Source of the DNA: an uncultured delta proteobacterium
GTDB taxonomy: Bacteria; Desulfobacterota; Desulfomonilia; UBA1062
NCBI GenBank assembly: GCA_963785235.1
Contig: CAWAUM010000013.1
Location: 160,001-224,000 of the forward strand
DNA: 64,000 nt
Reading direction: 5' to 3'
Positions 51,793 through 61,744 of this stretch are shown here, piece by piece (the stretch's first letter is position 1; every line of letters starts with the position of its first letter). A program made the position numbers and the translations under genes. The notes under the pieces were generated by a model that saw nothing but the letters and a program-made list of their open reading frames with translations, had not been told where the DNA came from and searched no databases.

Positions 51793-53095
51793 ATGCCCTT
51801 TCTCCCCACAAGCGGCCATGACCTCAAAGAGCTCCTCGATGCCATAGGTATCGAGGATGTGGAACAGCTCTTTGCAGGCATCCCGGAAGAGGCCCGCTGC
51901 AAGGCACCCCTCAAGGTGGAAGGCCCCCTGGACGAGCTCACTCTGCGCAGGCGCTTCCGGATACCCGCGCAAGGCCCTGTCTTTGTAGGCGGCGGAATCT
52001 ATCGCCACTTCATCCCTGCTGTTGTGGATGCAATAGCCTCCCGGCAGGAATTTCTCACCGCCTATACCCCGTACCAACCGGAGATCAGCCAGGGAACTCT
52101 GCAGGCCACCTTCGAATTCCAGAGCATGATGGCAACGCTGGCCGGCATGGATGCATCCAATGCCTCCATGTACGACGGGGCCACGGCCCTGGCAGAGGCG
52201 GCCATCATGGCTACACGGGCAAAGGGGGTTGAGAGGATTGTTATCTCGCGGGCCACGAACCCTGCCTACCGGGGCGTGGTGCAGACTTATTTCAAGAATA
52301 ACCCTGAAGTGACCCTCGTGGAGGCACCCTTTGATCCTGTGACGGGAAAGATAAACACAAAGGCTCTGGAAGACCTTTTAGACGGCAATACCGCCTTCTT
52401 CATCCAGCAGCCCAACTATTTCGGCATCATTGAGGACATGGAGAGCATCTCACACCTCGCAGCCAAGGCAGCTTTCTGGGGCATAGTAGTGGGCGAGGCT
52501 CTCTCTTTCGGTGCGCTTAAAGCAGCCCGGCTCATTCGGGTGCGATGTGGTTGTGGGCGAGGCCCAGTCATTGGGCAACCCGGCAAATGCAGGAGGGCCG
52601 CTGCTGGGATTCTTCTGCACCAAGAAAGAGCACATCAGGCGCATACCGGGCAGGATCGTGGGACTTACGAAAGATCAGGCAGGAAAACGCGCCTTCTGCC
52701 TGACGCTCTCCACACGCGAACAGCATATCCGTCGGGAAAAGGCCACTTCGAACATATGCACCAACGAGGGTCTGTGCACATTACGCACCGCGGTTTATCT
52801 GAGCGCACTCGGGCCCAGGGGCCTGCGCGATGTGGCCATGCAGTGCGCCGCAGGGGCGAGCACCCTGATGGCGTCACTAAAGGAAAAGGGGATAAACCCT
52901 GTGTTCACTTCAGGTGTTTTCAATGAATTCGTGGTCCGGATGGACAGGGGCACCTGCATGAAACTTGAGGACAAAGGCATTGCCTATGGCATCCCTTTGA
53001 ACTCTCACTATCCGGAGATTGAAGACGGGGTGCTCATGACCATGACCGAGATGAACACGAATGAGGATATCAGATGCCTGACAGATCTGCTGTGA
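51793..53095 (+). CDS. gcvPA: Glycine dehydrogenase subunit alpha (frameshift near 52520)
   Basis: EFLTAYTPYQPEISQG, NASMYDGA, TREQHIRREKATSNICTN. Confidence 0.93.
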
Positions 53096-54551
53096 CAAGC
53101 TTCCCCGTAGATCCTCGAGCCTCTGCTTGCAGAACTGTCCGGACAGGGCAGGAACGGGCTTTCAACCCCGCGGCCCTTTGACGAATCATTATGCAAAGAC
53201 CTGCCCGGCAACCCCGACCTGCCCGGATTGCCGGAGGTCTCGGAGGTGGAGACCGTGCGCCACTTTACCAGGCTCTCACGGCTCAACTTCGGAATCGATC
53301 AGGGCATGTACCCCCTGGGCTCCTGCACCATGAAATACAATCCGAAAATAAGCGAGGAGATTGTCCGCACCATCGCGGCCATCCATCCGGCAGACAAGGC
53401 TGCAAACGAGAACGTGCTTGAGTGGTTATTCGGGCTCAAAGGCATCCTTGAAGAAATCTGCGGCATGGATGATTGTTGTCTGTGGCCAGCCGCAGGCGCC
53501 CACGGCGAGCTTACCGGCATGCTTGTCATCAAGGAGGCCATAAAGAAGAAAGGGCTCTGATCGCACCAAGGTGCTCATCCCGGATACGGCACATGGCACC
53601 AACCCGGCTTCCTGCGCCATCGCCGGTTTCGAAACGGTGAACATAGCATCAGGCCCTGACGGCTTTCTGAGGGCCTCCGACCTCAAGGGTCTCCTCACGG
53701 ATGACATTGCAGCCCTCATGATCACCAACCCCAACACCTTAGGGATATTTGAACAGGAGATCATGGAGATTGCCCGACTCCTTCATGAGAACGGCTCATA
53801 CCTCTACATGGACGGGGCAAACCTGAACGCCATCATGGGGATAGTCAGGCCGGGTGATGTGGGGGTGGACTGCATGCACATAAACCTTCACAAGACCTTT
53901 GGAGCCCCCCATGGCGGAGGAGGCCCCGGGAGCGGTCCGGTCCTGGTGAAGAAAGAGCTGGCGGGCTTCCTTCCCATACCCGTAATCGTGCGCGATTCTT
54001 CAGGAAAACTGAGCCTTCACGGCAATTCCCCTGAGACCATCGGGATGGTCCACTCAAGCATGGGAAATACGGCGGTCCTTCTCAGGGCCTATGTCTATTG
54101 CCTGAGCCTTGGGCCACAAGGCCTCAAGGATGCATCCATAAGGGCATGCCTGAATGCCAACTACTTGAAAAGCAGGCTCAAGGCGACATACGATCTGCCC
54201 TATACGACACCTACCATGCACGAGTTCGTCCTTTCCGACAAGAAACAGAAATCATATGGCGCCACCACCATCGATATGGCCAAGGCGCTCATGGAATACG
54301 GCTTTCACCCGCCCACCGTTTACTTTCCACTGGTAGTGCCGGGGGCAATCATGATAGAGCCAACCGAAAGCGAGCCTCTCAGCGAACTGAAAAGGTTCGC
54401 CCAGGCCATGGAGTCAGTTGCCGCCAGGGCAGCAAACTCACCGGGGGCCCTGCACGAAGGCCCTCATGGCATGCCCGTAATGCGCGTTGATGAAGTCCAG
54501 GCTGCGCGCAATCTCATTCTCACATGGAAAGATTTGAATCCATCAGGATAA
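53092..54551 (+). CDS. gcvPB: Glycine dehydrogenase subunit beta (several frameshifts)
   Basis: YPLGSCTMKYNP, PAAGAHGE, AHGTNPAS, PLP site HINLHKTF, GGGGPG, HPPTVYFP; start approximate. Confidence 0.9.
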
Positions 54552-54564
54552 AGCAGGTATCTAA

Positions 54565-55176
54565 ATGGGTAAGAAAAAGGGAATAATTTCTGATGCTATT
54601 CTGGTGAAAGATATCAAACATGGCAACGCAGCCGCCATGGAGGAGATAGTGAGGAGATATTCGAACAAGGTGTATAATCTCGCATACCATCTCACCCGTG
54701 ATGCATCTGCCGCCGAAGAGATCATGCAGGAGGTCTTCCTCACCGTAATAGCAAAGATCAATACGCTCACCAATGACGCATACTTTTCCACCTGGCTCTA
54801 CCGAGTAGCCACAAATGCCTCTTACGGCTTCCTCCGCAAAGAGAAAAAATTCACCGAACAGACCACCATTGAAGAGATCGACCAGGAGCCGTCTCAGGAT
54901 TACGAGTACGACTGGTCGACGCTGCCGGACGATATTCTCCTGTCCGAGGAAAGCAGGACCATCCTCCAGGGCTCCATCGACTCGCTGCCCGAGGCCATGA
55001 GGACCGTGGTCATCATGAAGGATGTGGAAGGATTCTCCAATGAAGAGATCGCACAGTCCTTAGGCGTAAGCGTCCCTGCAGTCAAATCCAGGCTGCATCG
55101 GGGACGGCTTATCCTGAGGGATGTCCTGTACGGCTATTTCAGGAAATATACACAACCTGAAGGAGAAGGCGCATGA
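54565..55176 (+). CDS. ECF sigma-70 factor
   Basis: AEEIMQEVF, FSTWLYRVATN, EGFSNEEIA..LG.SVPAVKSRLHRGR. Confidence 0.93.
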   Translation: MGKKKGIISDAILVKDIKHGNAAAMEEIVRRYSNKVYNLAYHLTRDASAAEEIMQEVFLTVIAKINTLTNDAYFSTWLYRVATNASYGFLRKEKKFTEQTTIEEIDQEPSQDYEYDWSTLPDDILLSEESRTILQGSIDSLPEAMRTVVIMKDVEGFSNEEIAQSLGVSVPAVKSRLHRGRLILRDVLYGYFRKYTQPEGEGA

Positions 55177-55412
55177 AATGTATAGTCTGTTCCTCCTTAT
55201 TCCAGGATTATTTGGAGAACAACCTCTCCCAGGACGTCATCGATGAGATGAACGCTAATTTTAAGATCTGTGAAAAGTGCAAGATCTGCTTCAAGACCTA
55301 CTCACTCACCATCGAGCTCTCTCATAAGATCAAACAGCCATGCTGCGTAAGCCCTGAGGTTGTGGACAAGCTGAGACAGATGCTCATTGAAAGGTTCTTC
55401 ACCGTCAGGTAA
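55173..55412 (+). CDS. Zinc-finger (zf-HC2-like) anti-sigma factor
   Basis: ATGA overlap with the sigma gene; MKC...DYLENNL...NFKICEKC; Cys-rich, no TM. Confidence 0.75.
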   Translation: MKCIVCSSLFQDYLENNLSQDVIDEMNANFKICEKCKICFKTYSLTIELSHKIKQPCCVSPEVVDKLRQMLIERFFTVR

Positions 55413-55579
55413 GGCTGCATCGTTTACTTTGAGTTGGTAATTATCGCGAGGCATCCATTGTTTATCCAAGTTTTTCGCTTAATAAACGGGATAATCCGTT
55501 AAATCAGTCATCTCAAAGCCTTTGGAGAATGATAATAGCTTATAGTATTTTGTTACTTCATCAGCGTCATCGACGAGTA

Positions 55580-55811
55580 TAGATTATGTTTTGAACTATT
55601 CAACATCACTAAAGGATTGCTCCTGGCACAGGATCATCACTTTCTCAGGACGTGAGGGAGTGATGATTTTATTGCAAGATCATCAGTTTTCAGCCAGCTT
55701 AAAAATAGAGTAGAATATTCGCAGATCATCGGTTCTGAGACATTCTGAAACCAACTCATCTATTGCATTATCATCACTGTAGACAATATGAATAGTTTTG
55801 AACATAATCTA
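55580..55811. repeat. Inverted-repeat-bounded non-coding element with an internal 46-bp-period array
   Basis: 23-bp arms at 55580-55602 and 55789-55811 (20/23 match). ATCATC cores at 55633, 55679, 55725 and 55770. Confidence 0.7.
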
Positions 55812-55850
55812 CGATTTTCTGGCATCTTAAATTCATAGTAAGGAAATCGG

Positions 55851-56585
55851 TTACATCACTGCTAGGAGACGCTTTGCCTCACCTACGTAGTATTTGTCAC
55901 TGGAGCTTGCTGCCTTCTGGAGCAGGGCCTTGGCTTCGTCCTTGCTGCCTGTTTTCATAAGTGCTTCTCCCAGAAATACCAGCCCCTCCGGGTCATTGGG
56001 GAACGACTTCTGAAATTCCCTCAAATACTTGAGTGAGAGCTTCTTGTCCTGCAGCGGCCAGGGCAGCACGAACCAGAAGCGCCCCAAGGCCTTGATGGGC
56101 CCGCCGTCATAATACATCTTGTTCACCTGATAGGCTTTTTCAAATGAGCTCTGGGTCTTGTCCTTCAGCCCTTCCGCCAGCGCGGTGAGGATGCTTACAC
56201 CATCAGAGTAGTTGCCCACCGAGAATCCATACCAGCAGTTCCCCTCAACTCCGTTTCCATTCAATGCGATGGCCTTTTCACCGTATTTCATGCCGAGCTT
56301 GCCGTATTCCTTGCAGACAGCCTTCCAGTCAGGGGTATTCCTTTTCTTGGATTCATTGGCAAACTCCCGGTATGACCGGGCCGCCTTCCATGCAGCCTCG
56401 TAACTTGCCGGATTCGCATCCAGGGCCTTCACAAACATATCACCAGCGAGCTTGTAGCTCTCAAAACTCACCTTGCCCTTTTCATAGAGGGCATTGCCCT
56501 GGGCCATGAAATCTTCGGCCGCAAGGGCCAGAGGTAGAACGAATACTACACATAGGCATACCGCAATCGCTAAAACTCTCTTCAT
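55851..56585 (-). CDS. Exported TPR-like helical protein
   Basis: Signal peptide; YEAAWKAARSY, ALGRFWFVLPWP, FLGEALMK helical repeats. Confidence 0.78.
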   Translation of the reverse strand: MKRVLAIAVCLCVVFVLPLALAAEDFMAQGNALYEKGKVSFESYKLAGDMFVKALDANPASYEAAWKAARSYREFANESKKRNTPDWKAVCKEYGKLGMKYGEKAIALNGNGVEGNCWYGFSVGNYSDGVSILTALAEGLKDKTQSSFEKAYQVNKMYYDGGPIKALGRFWFVLPWPLQDKKLSLKYLREFQKSFPNDPEGLVFLGEALMKTGSKDEAKALLQKAASSSDKYYVGEAKRLLAVM

Positions 56586-56662
56586 GTCATCTTCTCCTTC
56601 ATGTTTTTCATTGCCATGCGCTGAGCGCATCATTCACCGATAGTTGCTCTGCCCCTAAGACG

Positions 56663-57088
56663 TCATGCCTGCTCCTGTACCTCCATGACAACCGAGCCCA
56701 CCGGGCACTCTATGGAGCAGAATCCGCACGATATGCATGCCTTCTCATCTTTTAGAAAAGGGTACGTATGAGGGTCAGACGGGCCCTGCTGCTGCGACAG
56801 AGCCAGGCAGTTGGTGGGACATGCCTCCACGCAGATCGTACAGGACATGCATCTGTCATAAATGAACACAGGTCGCCGCCACGCAGAGCGCTTCTCCATG
56901 AGGCAGGTCTTCCCGAACCTGTCCAGAACGGCACCCTGTGGACATACCTTCCCGCATGCCCTGCATTCGATGCACAGGGAATCATCAATTTTGTGAACCT
57001 TCTTTTTTTCCCCGGATATGGCGTCAGCAGGACAGATCTTGCTGCATGCACCGCACCCGTTACATTTTTCAATTATCTGAAATGCCAT
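56663..57088 (-). CDS. Ferredoxin with four 4Fe-4S motifs
   Basis: Four CxxCxxCxxxCP motifs. Confidence 0.92.
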   Translation of the reverse strand: MAFQIIEKCNGCGACSKICPADAISGEKKKVHKIDDSLCIECRACGKVCPQGAVLDRFGKTCLMEKRSAWRRPVFIYDRCMSCTICVEACPTNCLALSQQQGPSDPHTYPFLKDEKACISCGFCSIECPVGSVVMEVQEQA

Positions 57089-57109
57089 GTTTCACCTCCA
57101 TAATCTCCA

Positions 57110-59071
57110 TCACCAGGTGCTGATTCCGAAACGATCCAGGCGTTCCTTGGTGGGTATTCCCGTTTTCGGGTCCCACCCGAACTGCTCCCAGTAGTTGCCC
57201 ATCATTGTTTCGATGTCCACGGTTCTTCCCTTGTTGGCGCCTTCCTTCAGGGGCTTCATGCCCACAGCCCTGGCGCTCAGCTTGTTGGCCCTGGGATCGA
57301 TCCCGTGCTTGATGTTGAAGGCCTGCTTGATGGTCTGAATCCGCTCGCCGATATCCATATAGTCGTTGGGTGTCTTGTCCCAGCCGGTTACTGCATTGAG
57401 CCAGTCAAAAGTGGGAGTCCTCGTAATCCCGAAGAAGGTGCCGAACATGCACAGGCCTGATCCGTTCACTACATTCATGTATTTACTGCACGCAGCGTTC
57501 TCCTGTGAGCGTTTTTCATCCGGGGTATAGCGTCCGTTCTTCGTATAGATCTGGAAAGGAAGCTTCTTAGGTATACCCTTGACCCTTTTCCAGAGCTGGA
57601 ACATTTCATAATACAGCTGGGCGCCAAGCGTGTGTCTCCCCGGGGTGGGCTCCACCGAGTAGTGGACGGCGAATCCGGGATCCATCCTGCCGTCATGCAT
57701 GGCCGGCTCCTGTCCCCCTGCGTGGATGGCATATGCCTCAGAGCCTTTACGGATCTTCTGGGATGCCACCTTGACGCCGTCGGCCAGCAGGTCTCCGATC
57801 CCTTCACGGCTCACCATCTTGTGGATAAGTTCGGTCACGGCCTTGGCATTCCCCCAGGTCAGCTCAATTCCTCCGGTGTCTTCCTTGGTGATGAGCCCCT
57901 TTTCATAACACTCCATGGCGAAAGCCACGGTTGCCCCGGCTGAGATGGTATCCATGCCCGCCCTGTTGAGGAATTCGTTGAGGTAGAAGAGGCTGTCGGT
58001 GTCCTCGTTCATGCACAATCCCCCAAGCGCCAGGACCGATTCGTACTCGGGCTTGTGGCTTTCCTTGTACTTGCCGGGATACGAACAGATGCCTCCACAC
58101 CCGAGCGGGCAGGAATGGCAGTGGTACTTCACGGTCTCATACCGCTTAATCATGTCCGGATCCGCCGATTTAGAATTATTCAGGTTCCAGTCCTTGTTGC
58201 TGCCCTTCCAGTTTTTCAACGGCGAATCCCCCCATGCAGGAGACATCTGGTTCATGGCAGCCGTGCCCCATTGTCTGAGCATGAATTTATAAATCATACC
58301 GTCCATGGCCATGGCCGTGGGGAGTATGCGAAGGAGGGTTCCCAGAAAGGCCAGGACAGGACTGGGGCCCAGAGGGATCTCAAACTGCACCCAGCGGTTA
58401 CAGATTCTGCTGAGCCGGTGCACCTCCTCCCGGTTGTGCACGTGGATACGCTTATTGCCGTCGAGCACGATTGCCTTGAGCTTTTTTGATCCCATCACCG
58501 CCCCGAGCCCTGACCGCGCGGCAAACCTTCCCTTATCGTTGCTGATCCCGGAAATCAGTGATCGCTTTTCTCCGGCCGGTCCGATCACCGCTACGCTCGC
58601 ATGGCTGCCGTAATCCTTCTTCAGGCACTCTTCGGTTTCCGCAGTATCCTTGCCCCAGAGAGGCGTGGCATCCCTCAGTTCGGCCTTGCCGTTCTTCACG
58701 TAGAGCAGTACGGGTCTCTTGCTTAATCCGGAAAAGAATATCCCATCGTACCCGCAGCGTTTAAGGGCAGGGGAAAGTGTGCCGCCGCAGTTCGCATCGC
58801 CCCAGCCGCCGGTGAGGGGCGATTTGCCCACCACTGTCCACCGGCCGGAGAAAAGACTGCCGGTACCGGTAAGCAGCCCGGAAACAAAGCCCAGGATGTT
58901 GTCGGGACCGAGAGGGTCTGCCCCGGGTGGGATCCTGTTGTAGAGTATATGGGCGGCAAGCCCCATGCCGGCGAGATACTTCTCGTACACCTCGTCGGGT
59001 ATCAGCTCCTCGCGGATCATGCCGCTTGCGAGATCAACCATCAGTATTTTTCCCATATATCCTCTGCCCAT
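57110..59071 (-). CDS. Aldehyde ferredoxin oxidoreductase (AOR/WOR family)
   Basis: GYMGKIL.VDL, KSPLTGG, IGPAGE, AARSGLGAVMGSKKLKAI, CHSCPLGC, PEYES, GMDTISAG. Confidence 0.92.
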   Translation of the reverse strand: MGRGYMGKILMVDLASGMIREELIPDEVYEKYLAGMGLAAHILYNRIPPGADPLGPDNILGFVSGLLTGTGSLFSGRWTVVGKSPLTGGWGDANCGGTLSPALKRCGYDGIFFSGLSKRPVLLYVKNGKAELRDATPLWGKDTAETEECLKKDYGSHASVAVIGPAGEKRSLISGISNDKGRFAARSGLGAVMGSKKLKAIVLDGNKRIHVHNREEVHRLSRICNRWVQFEIPLGPSPVLAFLGTLLRILPTAMAMDGMIYKFMLRQWGTAAMNQMSPAWGDSPLKNWKGSNKDWNLNNSKSADPDMIKRYETVKYHCHSCPLGCGGICSYPGKYKESHKPEYESVLALGGLCMNEDTDSLFYLNEFLNRAGMDTISAGATVAFAMECYEKGLITKEDTGGIELTWGNAKAVTELIHKMVSREGIGDLLADGVKVASQKIRKGSEAYAIHAGGQEPAMHDGRMDPGFAVHYSVEPTPGRHTLGAQLYYEMFQLWKRVKGIPKKLPFQIYTKNGRYTPDEKRSQENAACSKYMNVVNGSGLCMFGTFFGITRTPTFDWLNAVTGWDKTPNDYMDIGERIQTIKQAFNIKHGIDPRANKLSARAVGMKPLKEGANKGRTVDIETMMGNYWEQFGWDPKTGIPTKERLDRFGISTW

Positions 59072-59197
59072 ATTGCCTCCTCTCCCTCTGTACTGGGAAT
59101 CCTTTCTGTTCGTCTTGAACCTGGGCCGGGGGTTCTTCTCCATCGGGCGTCCAGCCCGATTCTTTTCTGGAAGTCCCCAGGCCGGTTGGCTTCGTGA

Positions 59198-60883
59198 TTA
59201 TGCCGCCCTGCGTGCCATTTCCTCTGTACGGAGGTCCTTCCTGAGGATCTTGCCCACAGCGCTCTTAGGCAGCGTTTCCCTGAACTCAACCTCCTCGGGC
59301 CACTTGTATTTGGCTAGCTTGTCCTTGCAGAAGTTGATTATTTCTTCAGGTGTTGCCTGCTGACCCTGCTTGAGAACCACGAACACCTTGACCGCCTCGC
59401 CGCGGGTCGGGTTGGGTACGCCTATGGAACATGCCTCCAGTACCTTGGGGTGTTCATAGAGTACCTCGTCGATATCCCGGGGATAGACATTGTACCCTCC
59501 TGAGATGATCATGTCCTTTATCCTGTCAACTATGTAGAAGTACCCGTCCTCATCCATCGTGGCAACGTCGCCAGTATGGAGCCACCCGTCTCTGACCGTC
59601 TCCTTAGTTTCTTCAGGCTTGCCTTTGTATCCCCGCATGACCTGGGGCCCCCGCACGATTAGTTCTCCCGGTTCCCCCAGAGGCACATCGGTCTGCCTAT
59701 CATTGATATCCACGAGCCGGCACTCGGTATTCGGTATCGGGACGCCTATACTCCCGGGCTTTGGTTTACCTTTTGCAAAGGGATTGACGTGCGTGACCGG
59801 CGAAGACTCTGTCATGCCGAACCCCTCGCAGATGATGCTGCCGGTCTTTTCCTCGAACTTTTTAATCACGTCGATAGGCAGAGGCGCACTTCCCGAAAAA
59901 CAGCCGGTGACATGGGAAAGATCGAGTTCTTTGATCTTAGGATGGCTCAGCAGCCCGATATACATGGTGGGAACCATGGGCAGGAACGTGGGCTTGTACT
60001 TGGCTACTGCCTCGAAAAGCTGCTCGGGCTGGGGCTTCGGCACGAGGACATTTCCCCAGCCCATAGAGATGGCATAGTTCATCGAGGTGGTCAAACCGAA
60101 GACATGGAAGAACGGGAGCGCCCCCAGCATCACCTCATGGCCGCGCTTGCAGCTTGGGAACCATGCGGCAAGCTGCTGTACGTTCTTGCTCAGGTTTCCG
60201 TGGGTAAGCTCCACACCCTTCGAGACCCCTGTTGTTCCACCGGTATACTGGTACTGGGCGACATCGTCCAGAGAGAGGTTCACCTGCAGCTTATGGGGCT
60301 GATACCGTGAAAGGAGGGGTTTCCATGGGTACACATCCCCTGCCTCCTTCACCTCGGCAGCGAGCCCCTTCTTCTTGGCCACCAGGGGGAAGAGGACGCT
60401 CTTGGGGAAGGGGAGATAATCGCCTATGGAGGCAACGACGATCTGCTTTATGGAAGTGCTCGACCTGAGGTCAATCATCCTGTTGGCAAGGAGATCAATG
60501 GTGACGAGCACCTTGGACCCTGAATCTTTGAACTGGTGCAGAAGCTCCTTGTCCGAGTAGAGGGGATTGTTCATGACCGCGATGGCGCCGATCTTCAGGA
60601 TGGCATAATACGCAGCCACGCACTGGATCGTGTTCGGCAGGAGAATGGCAACACTGTCTCCTTTGTGTATGCCGAAATCCACAAGGCAGTTGGCGAAACG
60701 GTCCACCATGTCTTTCAGCTCCCTGTAGGTCAGGGTGAACCCCATGAAATTGAGCGCCACATGTTTCGGGAACTCACGGGCCGATCTCTCCAGGAAGTCA
60801 GGAATGCACAGGTTTTCGAATTCGATGTTTACTGGAACGCCAGCTGTGTACGATGAAAGCCAGGTTTTATTCACGTTTTTCAT
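59198..60883 (-). CDS. Long-chain fatty acid--CoA ligase
   Basis: QYTGGTTGVSKG, LPFFHVFG, EGFGMTE, TGD, PKSAVGKILR. Confidence 0.92.
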   Translation of the reverse strand: MKNVNKTWLSSYTAGVPVNIEFENLCIPDFLERSAREFPKHVALNFMGFTLTYRELKDMVDRFANCLVDFGIHKGDSVAILLPNTIQCVAAYYAILKIGAIAVMNNPLYSDKELLHQFKDSGSKVLVTIDLLANRMIDLRSSTSIKQIVVASIGDYLPFPKSVLFPLVAKKKGLAAEVKEAGDVYPWKPLLSRYQPHKLQVNLSLDDVAQYQYTGGTTGVSKGVELTHGNLSKNVQQLAAWFPSCKRGHEVMLGALPFFHVFGLTTSMNYAISMGWGNVLVPKPQPEQLFEAVAKYKPTFLPMVPTMYIGLLSHPKIKELDLSHVTGCFSGSAPLPIDVIKKFEEKTGSIICEGFGMTESSPVTHVNPFAKGKPKPGSIGVPIPNTECRLVDINDRQTDVPLGEPGELIVRGPQVMRGYKGKPEETKETVRDGWLHTGDVATMDEDGYFYIVDRIKDMIISGGYNVYPRDIDEVLYEHPKVLEACSIGVPNPTRGEAVKVFVVLKQGQQATPEEIINFCKDKLAKYKWPEEVEFRETLPKSAVGKILRKDLRTEEMARRAA

Positions 60884-60927
60884 TGTAATATCCTTCCCTG
60901 ATGATTTTTTTATTTTTTTTGGGGTCG

Positions 60928-61728
60928 TCATAGGGACATCCCCTTGCGCTTCGCGAACACTGCAGCACCTAAAGCCCCGATAATCTGAGGGTCTACCGGG
61001 AGCGATGTCACCTGCATGTTAATGATCTTTGCGAGCGACTTGATGAGCCCCTGGTTCTTGGCGCACCCACCCGTCACCGTCACCAGCGGCTTCATGCCTA
61101 TTCGTTTGAGGAGCGAAAAACACCGTTTCGACACGGCCGCCTGGATACCAGCAGCAATTTCCTCAGGCGGGTTTTTCCTGGCCAGCAGGCTGATCACCTC
61201 GCTCTCGGCAAAGACACTGCACTGCGCAGTGACCGGTATGATCTTTCCAGCCCTGAGGGAAAGCTCGGAAAACGCCTCAAGGTCCATACGGAAAATTCGG
61301 CTCATGGCCTCGAAGAACCGGCCTGTGCCAGCGGCGCACTTGTCATTCATTGCAAACTCCATCACTGATCCATCGCCATTGAGCGATATGGCCTTCACAT
61401 CCTGACCGCCGATGTCCACGATGGTCTTGACACCGGGGCTGCATGAATAAGTGCCCATTGCATGGCAGCTGATCTCCGAGATGTTTTCATTGGCAAAGGG
61501 AACCTCGTTTCTCCCGTATCCCGTGCCAACGAGGTAGGAAAGGTCCTTGTATCTTCCAAGGTCCGGAACTAAAGCGCAGGCCTTATCCAGCGCAAGTATC
61601 GAGGTCAGCTCCGGATCGATCTCACTCGGGACAATGGAGGAGGCAATGATGGAACCTTTCTCATCGATGATGACTGCCTTCCCTGTTGTCGAACCCACAT
61701 CGCATCCGCCGAAATATCTTTTTGCCAT
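60928..61728 (-). CDS. Acyl-CoA dehydratase activase (HgdC/BcrAD ATPase)
   Basis: DVGSTTGK, TGYGR, EISCHA, DIGGQD, MNDKCAAGTGRFFE, CSVFAESEV. Confidence 0.93.
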   Translation of the reverse strand: MAKRYFGGCDVGSTTGKAVIIDEKGSIIASSIVPSEIDPELTSILALDKACALVPDLGRYKDLSYLVGTGYGRNEVPFANENISEISCHAMGTYSCSPGVKTIVDIGGQDVKAISLNGDGSVMEFAMNDKCAAGTGRFFEAMSRIFRMDLEAFSELSLRAGKIIPVTAQCSVFAESEVISLLARKNPPEEIAAGIQAAVSKRCFSLLKRIGMKPLVTVTGGCAKNQGLIKSLAKIINMQVTSLPVDPQIIGALGAAVFAKRKGMSL

Positions 61729-61744
61729 ACCTTTCTCCTTGTTG

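Noticed and set aside
55630-55690. Hammerhead ribozyme (minus-strand CTGATGA...GAAA)
   Set aside because: No convincing stem II with a G-C closing pair and no stems I/III.
55624-55782. CRISPR mini-array
   Set aside because: Repeats are only ~17 bp and degenerate, the 46-bp period is shorter than canonical arrays, and no cas genes are present.
55679-55805. 40-codon minus-strand ORF MFKTIHIVYSDD... as a pseudogene
   Set aside because: Short, no RBS or recognisable motif, and its start lies within the terminal inverted repeat.
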